This document shows, in pieces, positions 19,162 through 28,441 of a stretch of DNA of 31,306 bases. A program made the translations under genes and the position numbers. This DNA comes from an uncultured Nitrospinaceae bacterium (GTDB lineage Bacteria; UBA8248), in the NCBI GenBank assembly GCA_964005815.1, contig CAXFSR010000047.1, positions 1 through 31,306 of the forward strand, written 5' to 3'. Each line of letters starts with the position of its first letter. The first letter of the stretch is position 1. The notes below the pieces were generated by a model. It had not been told where the DNA came from. It saw only the letters and a program-made list of their open reading frames with translations, and made no database searches.

Positions 19162-20319
19162 ATGAAAAAGAAAATTTTATTTGTTTTTGGTACAAGACCA
19201 GAAGCTATTAAGTTGGCACCTGTTATCAGATTGTTTAGAGAATCCAAAGATTTTGTCACTATGGTTTGTACAACAGGACAACATAGAGAAATGTTAGATC
19301 AGTCGATGTGTATTTTTGGACTTGAATCTGATTTTGAATTGAAAGTTATGAAAAAAAATCAAACCTTGACTCAACTCACAGTTAATATCCTCTCTGAATT
19401 AGATAATGTTCTAGAAGAAATAAGTCCTGATTTATTAATTGTGCAAGGTGATACGACTACTTCTTTTGCAGGAGGACTTGCTGCTTATTATAAAAATATT
19501 CCTATTGGACATGTAGAGGCTGGTCTTAGGACGGGAGATAAATATAAGCCATTTCCAGAAGAAAAAAACAGACATATGTTGAGTACACTTTCTGATCTGC
19601 ATTTTGCTCCCACTGATTTATCTAAAGAAAATTTGATTCGAGAGGGAGTGGATAAGGAAAAGATTTGGGTTACAGGGAATACTGTTGTAGATGCAATGCA
19701 AATAATACTTGCATCCCAAGAGTCTGATTTAGAAGATGAAAAGAAATTATGTTCTTTTTTTAATCAAGAGATAGGGGTCAATTTTGAAAATCCTCCTGAG
19801 TCTATTCCTAAAATTATTTTAGTAACTGGACACCGAAGAGAAAATTTTGGGAAAGGAATTCGAAATATTTGCGAGGGACTTAATGAAATAGCAAACCAAC
19901 GTCCTGAAGTCTTAATTGTCTATCCAGTTCATTTGAATCCAAAAGTTCAAAATCCAGTGAGAGAATTGATTGGAGGAGTAGGAAATATTAAATTAATCCC
20001 TCCGGTTGATTACGAGAAATTTCTATATTTATTAAAAAAATCTTATTTGGTGGTCACTGATTCTGGAGGAATACAAGAGGAAGCCCCTTCATTAGGAAAG
20101 CCAGTTTTGGTTACAAGGGAAACAACTGAAAGACCAGAAGGAGTTAATGCCGGCACCGTAAAGCTAGTTGGTACAAAGAAGGAAAATATGATTGAAGAGA
20201 TAAATAAACTATTAGATGACGGCTCTTACTATAAATTGTTTTCCGAAATTTCTAACCCATTTGGTGACGGGAGAGCAGCAGGAAGGATACTTGAAGTTAT
20301 TCGGTCTTCTGATTATTAA
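19162..20319 (+). CDS. wecB: UDP-N-acetylglucosamine 2-epimerase (non-hydrolysing)
   Basis: FGTRPEAIK, TGQHREML, QGDTTT, HVEAGLRT, HRREN, TDSGGIQEEAP and NPFGDG. Confidence 0.97.
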   Translation: MKKKILFVFGTRPEAIKLAPVIRLFRESKDFVTMVCTTGQHREMLDQSMCIFGLESDFELKVMKKNQTLTQLTVNILSELDNVLEEISPDLLIVQGDTTTSFAGGLAAYYKNIPIGHVEAGLRTGDKYKPFPEEKNRHMLSTLSDLHFAPTDLSKENLIREGVDKEKIWVTGNTVVDAMQIILASQESDLEDEKKLCSFFNQEIGVNFENPPESIPKIILVTGHRRENFGKGIRNICEGLNEIANQRPEVLIVYPVHLNPKVQNPVRELIGGVGNIKLIPPVDYEKFLYLLKKSYLVVTDSGGIQEEAPSLGKPVLVTRETTERPEGVNAGTVKLVGTKKENMIEEINKLLDDGSYYKLFSEISNPFGDGRAAGRILEVIRSSDY

Positions 20320-20336
20320 GTTTCAATAATTTGTGT

Positions 20337-20639
20337 TTATATAATTACTTCAAAACCTTCAAAGATTGGATGGCCTAGATATATCTCTCTTTGTTCTCCA
20401 CCACCTTGATGCGCTAATCTGAAAGCGTCCGACTTTGTCCAGTCAAAAAAATTTTCTTTTGATTTCCAGGTGCTATGCGAAACATATAGGGTATGAGTTT
20501 CTTCTGTTTCTCCCTTTATAAGGTGAAATTCTTCGAATCCATCCACTTCATCTAGTCGGGTTTCTCTTTCTTTCCAAATTTTCTCGAAATCTTTTTCTCT
20601 TCCTTTCTTAATTTGGAATCGATTCATCGCTATATACAT
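20337..20639 (-). CDS. ABM-domain monooxygenase, IsdG/HmuQ-like heme-degrading family
   Basis: 100 aa. IAMNRF and 'DWTKSDAFRLAH' keep the Asn/Trp/His set of the IsdG family. Strong AAGGAGG SD. Confidence 0.85.
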   Translation of the reverse strand: MYIAMNRFQIKKGREKDFEKIWKERETRLDEVDGFEEFHLIKGETEETHTLYVSHSTWKSKENFFDWTKSDAFRLAHQGGGEQREIYLGHPIFEGFEVII

Positions 20640-20671
20640 TTACAAATTCCTCCTTTTGAAATGATTTATTT

Positions 20672-21325
20672 TCAAGCTTTTAAGGTTTGTACCGCTCTTT
20701 TTCTTTTTGGGTATGTAGTTTTGCATATAGTGCATTGTCTGCCATCACACCCTCTTGCTGTGCAATGTTCTCTACCATAGAAAATAATTTGAAGATGTAG
20801 CTTGTTCCATGATTTTTCAGGAAACAGCTTTTTTAAATCTTTTTCTGTTTGAGTAACATTTTTTCCATTAGTAAGTCCCCATCTTTGAGCGAGCCTGTGT
20901 ATATGGGTGTCTACAGGAAAAGCAGGATGTCCAAATCCTTGCGACATGACAACACTAGCTGTTTTATGTCCAACACCGGGAAGTGATTCTAAATCCTCGA
21001 AGCTCTCTGGCACAGCAGAGTTATGTTTTTTGATCAAAATTTTGGAGAGATCAAGAATAGCTTTTGATTTTTTTGGCGATAATCCACAAGGTTTTATAAT
21101 ATCCCGAATTTGTTTAACCTTTAAAGCGGTCATTTTTTTGGGATTATTTGCTTTAGAGAAAAGTAATGGAGTTACTTTGTTTACGCGCTCATCAGTACAT
21201 TGTGCACTTAGCAAAACGGCGACAAGTAATTCATATTTGTTCTTATGTTTTAAGGGTATTGGTGTTTTAGGATATTTTTTATTTAAATAATTTAGTATAA
21301 ATTCTGCCCTGTCTTTTTTTGTCAT
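20672..21325 (-). CDS. nth: Endonuclease III (HhH-GPD DNA glycosylase/AP lyase)
   Basis: LLVAVLLSAQCTDERVN, HhH LPGVGHKTA, PVDTHIHRLA, and a C-terminal Cys cluster. Confidence 0.95.
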   Translation of the reverse strand: MTKKDRAEFILNYLNKKYPKTPIPLKHKNKYELLVAVLLSAQCTDERVNKVTPLLFSKANNPKKMTALKVKQIRDIIKPCGLSPKKSKAILDLSKILIKKHNSAVPESFEDLESLPGVGHKTASVVMSQGFGHPAFPVDTHIHRLAQRWGLTNGKNVTQTEKDLKKLFPEKSWNKLHLQIIFYGREHCTARGCDGRQCTICKTTYPKRKRAVQTLKA

Positions 21326-21360
21326 TTGTTATTATCCTGATGCCTGGTAATGAAAAATTG

Positions 21361-23559
21361 CTAGAAAGTAATGGATGAGCCTGTTTGCAGTGACTCTAAT
21401 ATCTTGAATGTAGCGAGAGTAGACATGAAAATCTCCTCTTTTGTTAGTTTGGATATTTCATTGCCAGCAATTGCGTCAAAGAAATTTTGTAATTCCTCCT
21501 GATAGCCCATTTGCTGTCCCGAGGTACGGAAGTTTTTTTTCTTTCCAGAAAAAAAGATTTCCGTTGTTTTGAAATCTTCAATGTGAATGGTATTTCCATC
21601 AAAAAACATTTCTATACGTTCCCTCGAAAACCCTCTGTCTCCAGATGCGGTATAGATCAGGTTTGCTATTGAACCATCGGCATATTTTAGAGTTACTGCA
21701 ATGTTGTCACTATTAAGAGAGGTTTTATTATTTCCTGATATTCTTTCTGCATAAATTTTGCAAACCTTACTGCTAGTAAGATATCCAACTAGGTCAATAA
21801 AATGACATAGTTCTCCAATAATACGGCTTCCACCTTCTTTTTCATCGTGAACCCAATGTTCAGGAGAGACATAGCCTGCATTAATTCTGTAATTAATGAT
21901 TAATGGGTCTTTTCTATTTTCTAGATAATTTATAGTTTTCTGTACATGCGGTGAAAATCGTCTATTGTATCCCACAACTAAAAGAGGAACCTCTGACTGG
22001 GTTTTTCCATTGGACTCTAAAGTAATCAAAGTATCTTTAATCTCATTGAGTTCTGCTTCGCTAATGCATAATGGTTTTTCAACGTAGATATGCTTCTTTT
22101 CATTTAGAGATTCTATTGTCATTTTTGAGTGAGTGCTATGAGGAGTTAAAATCATTACAGCGTCAATATCTTTATTTTCAATAACTTCTTTGTAGTTTGT
22201 TGAAGCTGGTTCTTTAAATAAAAATTTCTTTGAATTGAAGTGTGAACTTGTTCCTGTTGTTGTTGCCAGGGTATGTAAATGAATGTTTTTAATTTTTGTC
22301 AAAGCTGGCAAGAGTAATGATTTTGCGAAAAGACCTGAACCTATGACTCCCACGGAGATTTCTTTTCCACTTGTTTTTTGTCCTGTTTTTTTTCTTGACA
22401 AATCGGTATACGATAATTTTTGGTCGAGAGTATCTTTATTTTTGTATTCGAAAATAACTCCTGTGTACACTCCATCGGTATCTTTTAAAATATTTTGATA
22501 AACGTCTTCTGCTTCTTCTATCTTGAATTTGTGTGAAATTAAATTTTTTGTATTGACCTTTTCTTTAGAAATGAGATGTATCAGTTCTTCTAGATTACGA
22601 TTTTCTGTCCATCGCACGTGAGGAAGTGGATAATCAATTCCTTTGTTTTCATAGATTGGATCGAAAGTTCCAGGTCCTGCAGCTTTAGAGACAATGATTT
22701 GTGCTTCTTTGTGCCACATATCGTTTCTCTCTGGATGAATATCCGCAGTTCCCACAAGAACGATAGTTCCTTTAAATTTAATTACTTCCAACGAAGTGTC
22801 AATAGGGCCACTGCTATTTGAAGCGGTAGTAATAATTGCTGCGTCTGCCCCGTATCCTTTTGTAATCTTTTCGGTTCCTTCTATTAGGGTTGATTCCGAA
22901 TCGAAAGAAAAATCTGCAGTGAAATTATTTTTCTCCCCTAGTTTTTTTGGATTGATATCCATTGCGATAACTTTACAACCGTAAGCTTTAAGAATTTGTG
23001 TTGTTAATTGCCCTAAAAGGCCAAGTCCGATGACAACTACTGTTTCTCCAAAAGTAAGATTCGCACACCTAATACCATTTAGGGCGATTGCACCTACCAT
23101 TCCAAAAGCAGCGTCTTCCATAGTTAAATTTTCAGGAATCTTGCAGCATAAGTTTTCGGGAACCGAAATAAACTCAGAATGAGAAGCGTAACCAGAACCA
23201 ATACACGCGACTCTATCTCCAGGAGAAAATTGATGAACATCTTTTCCTGTCTCAGTGACCGTTCCAGCGCTGCTGTACCCAAGTGGGGTAGGGTTGTCCA
23301 ATCTAGCCATTGCCTCTTGGATAGATTTGGTTAATCCCTCTGTTTGTACCTTTTGGAAAAAGCGTTTTACTAGATCCGGTCTTGCTTTTGCTTTTCCAAG
23401 GATACTCTTTGCTCCGAGTTCAATAACAGAACGTTCCGTTCCCAAACTAATAAGTGAAGCATGGTTCCTGACAAGAACAGAATTTGAAGTGCAGGAGGGA
23501 ACAGGAACTTCCGTCAACTCTATCTTGCCTGTTTTGTAATTCTGTATAAGTTGTTTCAT
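21361..23559 (-). CDS. Bi-domain oxidoreductase (MDR-like N-terminus plus Gfo/Idh/MocA C-terminus) of polysaccharide loci
   Basis: 732 aa. SLISLGTE, PLGYS, GLGLLG, RWTENRN, VGVIGSG, VEKPL, VGYNRRFSP and GELCHFID. Confidence 0.9.
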   Translation of the reverse strand: MKQLIQNYKTGKIELTEVPVPSCTSNSVLVRNHASLISLGTERSVIELGAKSILGKAKARPDLVKRFFQKVQTEGLTKSIQEAMARLDNPTPLGYSSAGTVTETGKDVHQFSPGDRVACIGSGYASHSEFISVPENLCCKIPENLTMEDAAFGMVGAIALNGIRCANLTFGETVVVIGLGLLGQLTTQILKAYGCKVIAMDINPKKLGEKNNFTADFSFDSESTLIEGTEKITKGYGADAAIITTASNSSGPIDTSLEVIKFKGTIVLVGTADIHPERNDMWHKEAQIIVSKAAGPGTFDPIYENKGIDYPLPHVRWTENRNLEELIHLISKEKVNTKNLISHKFKIEEAEDVYQNILKDTDGVYTGVIFEYKNKDTLDQKLSYTDLSRKKTGQKTSGKEISVGVIGSGLFAKSLLLPALTKIKNIHLHTLATTTGTSSHFNSKKFLFKEPASTNYKEVIENKDIDAVMILTPHSTHSKMTIESLNEKKHIYVEKPLCISEAELNEIKDTLITLESNGKTQSEVPLLVVGYNRRFSPHVQKTINYLENRKDPLIINYRINAGYVSPEHWVHDEKEGGSRIIGELCHFIDLVGYLTSSKVCKIYAERISGNNKTSLNSDNIAVTLKYADGSIANLIYTASGDRGFSRERIEMFFDGNTIHIEDFKTTEIFFSGKKKNFRTSGQQMGYQEELQNFFDAIAGNEISKLTKEEIFMSTLATFKILESLQTGSSITF

Positions 23560-24401
23560 TTTTTTTCACTTTTTACTTGTTTTTTTTTCATTAAATACTT
23601 CACGTCAATAAGAAACGGTAGCCAAAGTCCTTGAAGAAAATGATAAATGAAAGCTTCTTTCCCGTCTAGGAAGCCTCCTCGAACAAAATAACGATAATGG
23701 AAATAAAAAAATGGTCTTATAAGTGGAGGAAGTTTGTTCCATATCTTTTCGCGAAGCCATCTTTTTCTTTCTGCCTGTGTTCCAAAAAAAGTGACATTTA
23801 GATTTTCATCTTTATTGTTCCGAATTTTGAACAACTCTTCCATTTCAAGAGTCGCAAATTTGTTTTGCCTGTTGATCCATTCGCTTATTCCTTTTTGATC
23901 ATCATGGATGATATCATTTTGTAAAAACCCAATATCGCCATCAACTACTATATGTTCATTGACCAATCTGCTTTCACAGTGACTTCTATGCGTTCGAAAA
24001 AGTCTGAGAAGCCAAGTAGGGTAATATCCTCTTCTAATCCATTTTCCCATCCATATAAATCTTCGTTTGATGTAGAACCCATTCTCTTTTGGAACTTTAG
24101 ATATCAGTTCTTTTATTTCTTCTTTTGCTTCCGCACTTACCCATTCATCAGCGTCTAGAAAAAGCATCCACTCAGAATCTATGCCAAGATTCTTAATGGA
24201 GTGGTTTCTTTGATCTGCATAGCCTTTGAAACGATTAGTAAAAATTTCACATGGATATGTAGATGCAATTTCTACTGTTTTGTCGGTTGAGAAGGAATCT
24301 AGAACAACAACCTTGTCTGCCCATCCACATACCGATTCTAATGCTTGTGCTATATTCTCTTCTTCGTTATAGGTTAAGATAACTACAGACAACTCATTCA
24401 A
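23556..24401 (-). CDS. GT2 glycosyltransferase (WaaE/KdtX-like)
   Basis: ILTYNEEENI, LDSFSTDKT, FLDADE and VNEH. TTG start with GAGGA SD. 4-bp overlap with the next gene. Confidence 0.9.
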   Translation of the reverse strand: MNELSVVILTYNEEENIAQALESVCGWADKVVVLDSFSTDKTVEIASTYPCEIFTNRFKGYADQRNHSIKNLGIDSEWMLFLDADEWVSAEAKEEIKELISKVPKENGFYIKRRFIWMGKWIRRGYYPTWLLRLFRTHRSHCESRLVNEHIVVDGDIGFLQNDIIHDDQKGISEWINRQNKFATLEMEELFKIRNNKDENLNVTFFGTQAERKRWLREKIWNKLPPLIRPFFYFHYRYFVRGGFLDGKEAFIYHFLQGLWLPFLIDVKYLMKKKQVKSEKK

Positions 24402-24429
24402 AACTTATCCTCTTGAAATAAATATGAAT

Positions 24430-25572
24430 TTATATCGTATGGTTTAAAATCTCAATGAATTCAGTTGTATAATGCTGCCAACTCCAATCGTGCTTTTCTC
24501 TATGTTTTTTTGCAAGATTTGAGAATACTTTTTTGTCGATTCCCTCTTTAATAAAAAACTCCATCGAATTAGCAAGTTCTGCAGAGTCAAGAGGAGAATA
24601 GTAATTTGCTGTAGGACCGCAGATTTCTTGATTTATCTTAGTATCGGATGCAATAATTGGAACTTCAGAAAAAATGGCTTCAATCATGGAAAATCCAAAA
24701 CTTTCACACAAAGAAGGGTAAACCATGCAATCAGATAGTTTATACACCCAGCCAATTTGGTTTTGTGGAATACGTCCCATAAAGACAATGGAATCTTCAA
24801 TTTTATTGTCGCGGATGTAATTCCTTAATTCTTTCATTCCTGAAGGCCAATCCTCATCTGAAATTGGAGTGAAAACTTGAAAATTTGAAGATTTTTCTTT
24901 CAGTAGAGTAATAGCTTTAAGCAATATTTCAAAACCTTTGTGTTTTGCAGCGTGAGTAGGGTAAAAAAATTTCGTTTTATCAGTCTTAAGTTGCTCGTTG
25001 AAATTACTAGAAAGTGGTTCCTCCATCATGTTTTCATGAGAAAAACCGTGATAAAGAGTTTTGAATTTTTTTGAAGAGACTTCTATGCACGACTTTTTAA
25101 TCATTTCTCCCATGGCATTAGATGGAGTCACGATTAAATCTGCTCTTTTCATAGTTTCAACGGCTAGTTTTTTTCTTAAAGAATTAGCAACTTTTTCCTT
25201 AGAACTTATTTGATCAAGATAATAATTGCAAAAATAAATGGGATTTCTCTGAAACAAGATGTGTTTGCAACTTGTTTTGATAGGTCCAAAGTTCGTTAGT
25301 GAGACTATGGCGTCAAAATTCTCTTGTCTAAGTTTTCGCTTAACTTTCAAATTGTCGTTGTAAAGACGATATAAAGAATTGCCGATAAGTTTATCTGAAA
25401 TAGTTTCTACTTTGAAATTCGAAGGTAAAGGTGGATTTTGAAATGATTCGCGTGTAAGGATCGTATATAGATTTAGTGTGTCTTGTTTTCCCAATTCTGG
25501 AAGAAAATTAGTTAGATGCCTCCATGCTCCACCCATACTAACTCCCAATGCATGAATCATAATTTTCTTCAT
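24430..25572 (-). CDS. GT4 glycosyltransferase
   Basis: MGGAWRHL, HKGFEILL, and YPSLCESFGFSMIEA (EX7E). Confidence 0.9.
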   Translation of the reverse strand: MKKIMIHALGVSMGGAWRHLTNFLPELGKQDTLNLYTILTRESFQNPPLPSNFKVETISDKLIGNSLYRLYNDNLKVKRKLRQENFDAIVSLTNFGPIKTSCKHILFQRNPIYFCNYYLDQISSKEKVANSLRKKLAVETMKRADLIVTPSNAMGEMIKKSCIEVSSKKFKTLYHGFSHENMMEEPLSSNFNEQLKTDKTKFFYPTHAAKHKGFEILLKAITLLKEKSSNFQVFTPISDEDWPSGMKELRNYIRDNKIEDSIVFMGRIPQNQIGWVYKLSDCMVYPSLCESFGFSMIEAIFSEVPIIASDTKINQEICGPTANYYSPLDSAELANSMEFFIKEGIDKKVFSNLAKKHREKHDWSWQHYTTEFIEILNHTI

Positions 25573-25614
25573 TCGTTTATCCCTTGAACACTGGTTTGAA
25601 CTTTCTTCAAAGAT

Positions 25615-25643
25615 TTGACGCTTTTTTCTTTCCTCTGTATGTT
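25615..25643 (+). promoter_or_regulatory. Candidate sigma70 promoter for the 25745-onward block
   Basis: TTGACG (25615-25620), a 17-bp spacer, and TATGTT (25638-25643) in a divergent intergenic region about 100 bp upstream of the TTG start. Confidence 0.45.
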
Positions 25644-25744
25644 CTTTCTATACGTTTTTTCTACTCGCCCATAGTTTTCAATAATTTTTACATTCTTACA
25701 AGTTTTGATTTGCTTCATTAAAGTGACAAGACTAGGAGCCTATT

Positions 25745-26767
25745 TTGTTAAAGGGTAACAAATTATTTCGAAAAATACTCCTTGGAATTCTTTTTCTTGT
25801 TTTCTTCCTTTGGCTTGCATTTAAAGGTTTTGATGGCAAGAAATTTATAGAAATTTTTCAAAAGGTAGAATGGGCCCCTATCTTTTTTTCTTCTTTCTTG
25901 GTTATGCTTGCACATTTTTTGCGCTCGTTGAGATGGAAGTTTTTACTCCGAAAGTCTAATAAGAACATCTCGAAATTTGAAGTTTTCTCTGCTTTGATTG
26001 TGGGGTATTTCGTAAATTCTTTTATTCCAAGAATGGGGGAGTTTGCAAGAGCTTTTTTTTTGAAGAAAGTCTCTGGAACATCATCTGTAGCTAGTTTGAG
26101 TTCTATTGTAATTGATAGGATCTTAGATTTGTTGGCACTTTTGATTCTATTTTTCGTGATTCTGATTTTACATTATTCAAAATTATCTATGATAATTCCT
26201 TCTCCTATTTTCTCGTTTGGTCTTTTGATTGGGATTACTTCTTTACTATTGGGGCTTACATACTATATTTATAGAGACCCTGCAAGGATTTCTAAATTTG
26301 CAAATAAACTAGGTAGAAAATTCTTTCCTAAGAGAGAATTGACACTTGCAGAAACTTCAAAGAATTTTATTGAGGGGTTAACTGGACTGTTTGACAGGTC
26401 ACTTTTGATGCCAATATTTTCTTTGACTATTTTAATCTGGTTTGTCTATTTGTTGAGTGTTTGGATTCTATTCTATTCTTTTCCATTCTCTAAAATCTCT
26501 TCTATGGGGTTTACAGAAGCTTTTTTCCTCATGTTTATGCTCTCTATTGGTGTAATGATACCTTCTCCTGCGGGTACAGGAAGTATTCATTATTTTGTTA
26601 GTTTTGCATTGACAAACATTTTCTTAGCGAATCCAAACGAATCTCTGGTATTTGCTACAATTGTTCATGGGGTAGGTTTTGTTCCAGTTGTTTTTTTGGG
26701 AATTTTCTTCTGTTTCTGGGGATTGTTTTTAAAAAGTGAAGTGAAATTCGAAGATAAGGACATCTAA
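25745..26767 (+). CDS. Lysylphosphatidylglycerol-synthase TM / UPF0104 flippase-like membrane protein
   Basis: LRSLRWKFLL, GYFVNSFIPRMGEFAR, DRILD and IPSPAGTG. TTG start with AGGAG SD. Confidence 0.88.
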   Translation: MLKGNKLFRKILLGILFLVFFLWLAFKGFDGKKFIEIFQKVEWAPIFFSSFLVMLAHFLRSLRWKFLLRKSNKNISKFEVFSALIVGYFVNSFIPRMGEFARAFFLKKVSGTSSVASLSSIVIDRILDLLALLILFFVILILHYSKLSMIIPSPIFSFGLLIGITSLLLGLTYYIYRDPARISKFANKLGRKFFPKRELTLAETSKNFIEGLTGLFDRSLLMPIFSLTILIWFVYLLSVWILFYSFPFSKISSMGFTEAFFLMFMLSIGVMIPSPAGTGSIHYFVSFALTNIFLANPNESLVFATIVHGVGFVPVVFLGIFFCFWGLFLKSEVKFEDKDI

Positions 26768-26860
26768 ATATGCTTTTTAATTGAATTATTTTCATTTTCA
26801 AGATAAATTCTGTTTTCCTTTTTGTGTTAAAATTGTTTTCTAAGTATAGGAAATTAAATT

Positions 26861-28378
26861 ATGACGACTTTTTTAGAACAGTTATTTGTTAGGCAATGGA
26901 AATGGTTTTTATTGCTTTTATTCATTCTTGTTTTGATTGTAGGGATGAATCTTAATACATTTTCTACAAAATATTTCGTTTCTGAGGTCATAATTGAGTT
27001 TAGGAGTCTTGGAAAAAGAACAAAATTGAATCCAGAAAGTGACAAAATGTCTTTTTTAGAAGGGTTCTTTGACCAAGATGTTCGTTCATCTTCCATATGG
27101 TATTCCACTTTATCTAAATCTCCTGCAATAATTAATTCTTTAATACCTGCTATAAGAGAAAAGTTGCCGGATTTAACCCATGCGAAATTACGGAATTTAA
27201 TGAAGGTTGAATGGATACGTAGAACTCCAGGATTGAGACTGAAAATTGCACATCCGAATATTTCCACTGCCACATTTATAGTGAATAGATGGGCAAAAGT
27301 ATTTGTGAAATATGTATCTGAAAAGAGAAGAAAAGAGATAGGATTGTCCATTAAAGAAGTCAAAGAATTATTGATTCCTGCCGAACGAAAGTTAGCAAGT
27401 TTGATCAAGGAAAAACTATCTATTGAGAACAAGTCAACATTAACTACCATTAATGATTTAGTTTTTCAAAAGAACAACGCATTTGCATCAATTTATTCTT
27501 TGCACGACAAATTGAATGATATTGTTGCCTTGCCTCGAACTTTTCTTTTCTCTTTGGAAAGAGATTTTTCTTTGCTGGGAGAGTGGATTGTTTTGTTTGA
27601 TGAATATTTGAAAGAGGAGACTAAAAGAAAAAGGGTTTCCAAATGGGGAACTGATAAAAGAAGAAGGATTATTGTTGAAGATTTGAATCTTCTCAAGAAA
27701 GAATATAGAAATTTGATTGTTAAGATAAAAAAATTAGAGCCATTGCAGGCTTTCCCTGATTTTGATTTGTTGACTTTGCGACTTAAAAAATTAGTGTCTT
27801 CATTGGATCCCATAATTTTGAGAAATAATCTGATACTCTCTAAAATCAGGAAAGAAAACTTATTTTATCTAGAAGGATTGCTTGTCGCGTTTTTTAGGAA
27901 TCAGGTAAATAGTGTTACGTTTAAAGATTTAGTCAAAATTACTAATGTGAAGTTTCAGAGGCTTCCTGAAAAAATATTAAAGAGTGAATCTTTAAGTAGA
28001 GATCTTAGAGACGGGATTGTAAGAGTAGAAAATATCAAGGTTAAAAAAGAGAATCTTTTAGAAAAAATAGCGAAGTTGCAAAGAGAAACTGTAAAAATAT
28101 CTAATATGCGAGTGAATCTTGAAAAGTTAGAAGATAGTATCGAACTTCAGAAAAGACTAGTAACGCCATTAACTGAACAAATGAATGAACTTCTTGTAGA
28201 GAAAAAAATGACTTCGGGTTCAGCTAAAATTGAGTCTCTTGCTTCTGAATATTTGTCAAAAGAAATGGTTCGCAAGAATTTGTTAAAGTTGTTTGCAATT
28301 TCACTCATCATTCTTCTTGTCGGATTTTCAATTATTGTCATAAAAGATAGGTCTCGAAATTTTTCTAGGGAAAAATAG
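26861..28378 (+). CDS. Polysaccharide co-polymerase (Wzz/GumC-like) without kinase domain
   Basis: One TM near each terminus flanking about 430 aa of Leu/Lys/Glu-rich coiled-coil-like sequence. It has 'ATFIVNRWAKVFV' and sits directly upstream of the wzy-like gene. Confidence 0.65.
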   Translation: MTTFLEQLFVRQWKWFLLLLFILVLIVGMNLNTFSTKYFVSEVIIEFRSLGKRTKLNPESDKMSFLEGFFDQDVRSSSIWYSTLSKSPAIINSLIPAIREKLPDLTHAKLRNLMKVEWIRRTPGLRLKIAHPNISTATFIVNRWAKVFVKYVSEKRRKEIGLSIKEVKELLIPAERKLASLIKEKLSIENKSTLTTINDLVFQKNNAFASIYSLHDKLNDIVALPRTFLFSLERDFSLLGEWIVLFDEYLKEETKRKRVSKWGTDKRRRIIVEDLNLLKKEYRNLIVKIKKLEPLQAFPDFDLLTLRLKKLVSSLDPIILRNNLILSKIRKENLFYLEGLLVAFFRNQVNSVTFKDLVKITNVKFQRLPEKILKSESLSRDLRDGIVRVENIKVKKENLLEKIAKLQRETVKISNMRVNLEKLEDSIELQKRLVTPLTEQMNELLVEKKMTSGSAKIESLASEYLSKEMVRKNLLKLFAISLIILLVGFSIIVIKDRSRNFSREK

Positions 28379-28441
28379 ATTTTTCTTTTATGAAACCAGC
28401 CCAAATTTTAGTTATGCAATTCTCAATTACTAGGTGTTCAG

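Noticed and set aside
1252..23588. 9-nt A/T homopolymers (1252-1260, 2011-2019, 12476-12484, 23580-23588) as phase-variation tracts
   Set aside because: Expected at this AT content, all host frames are intact at these tracts, and I saw no long poly-G/C tracts.
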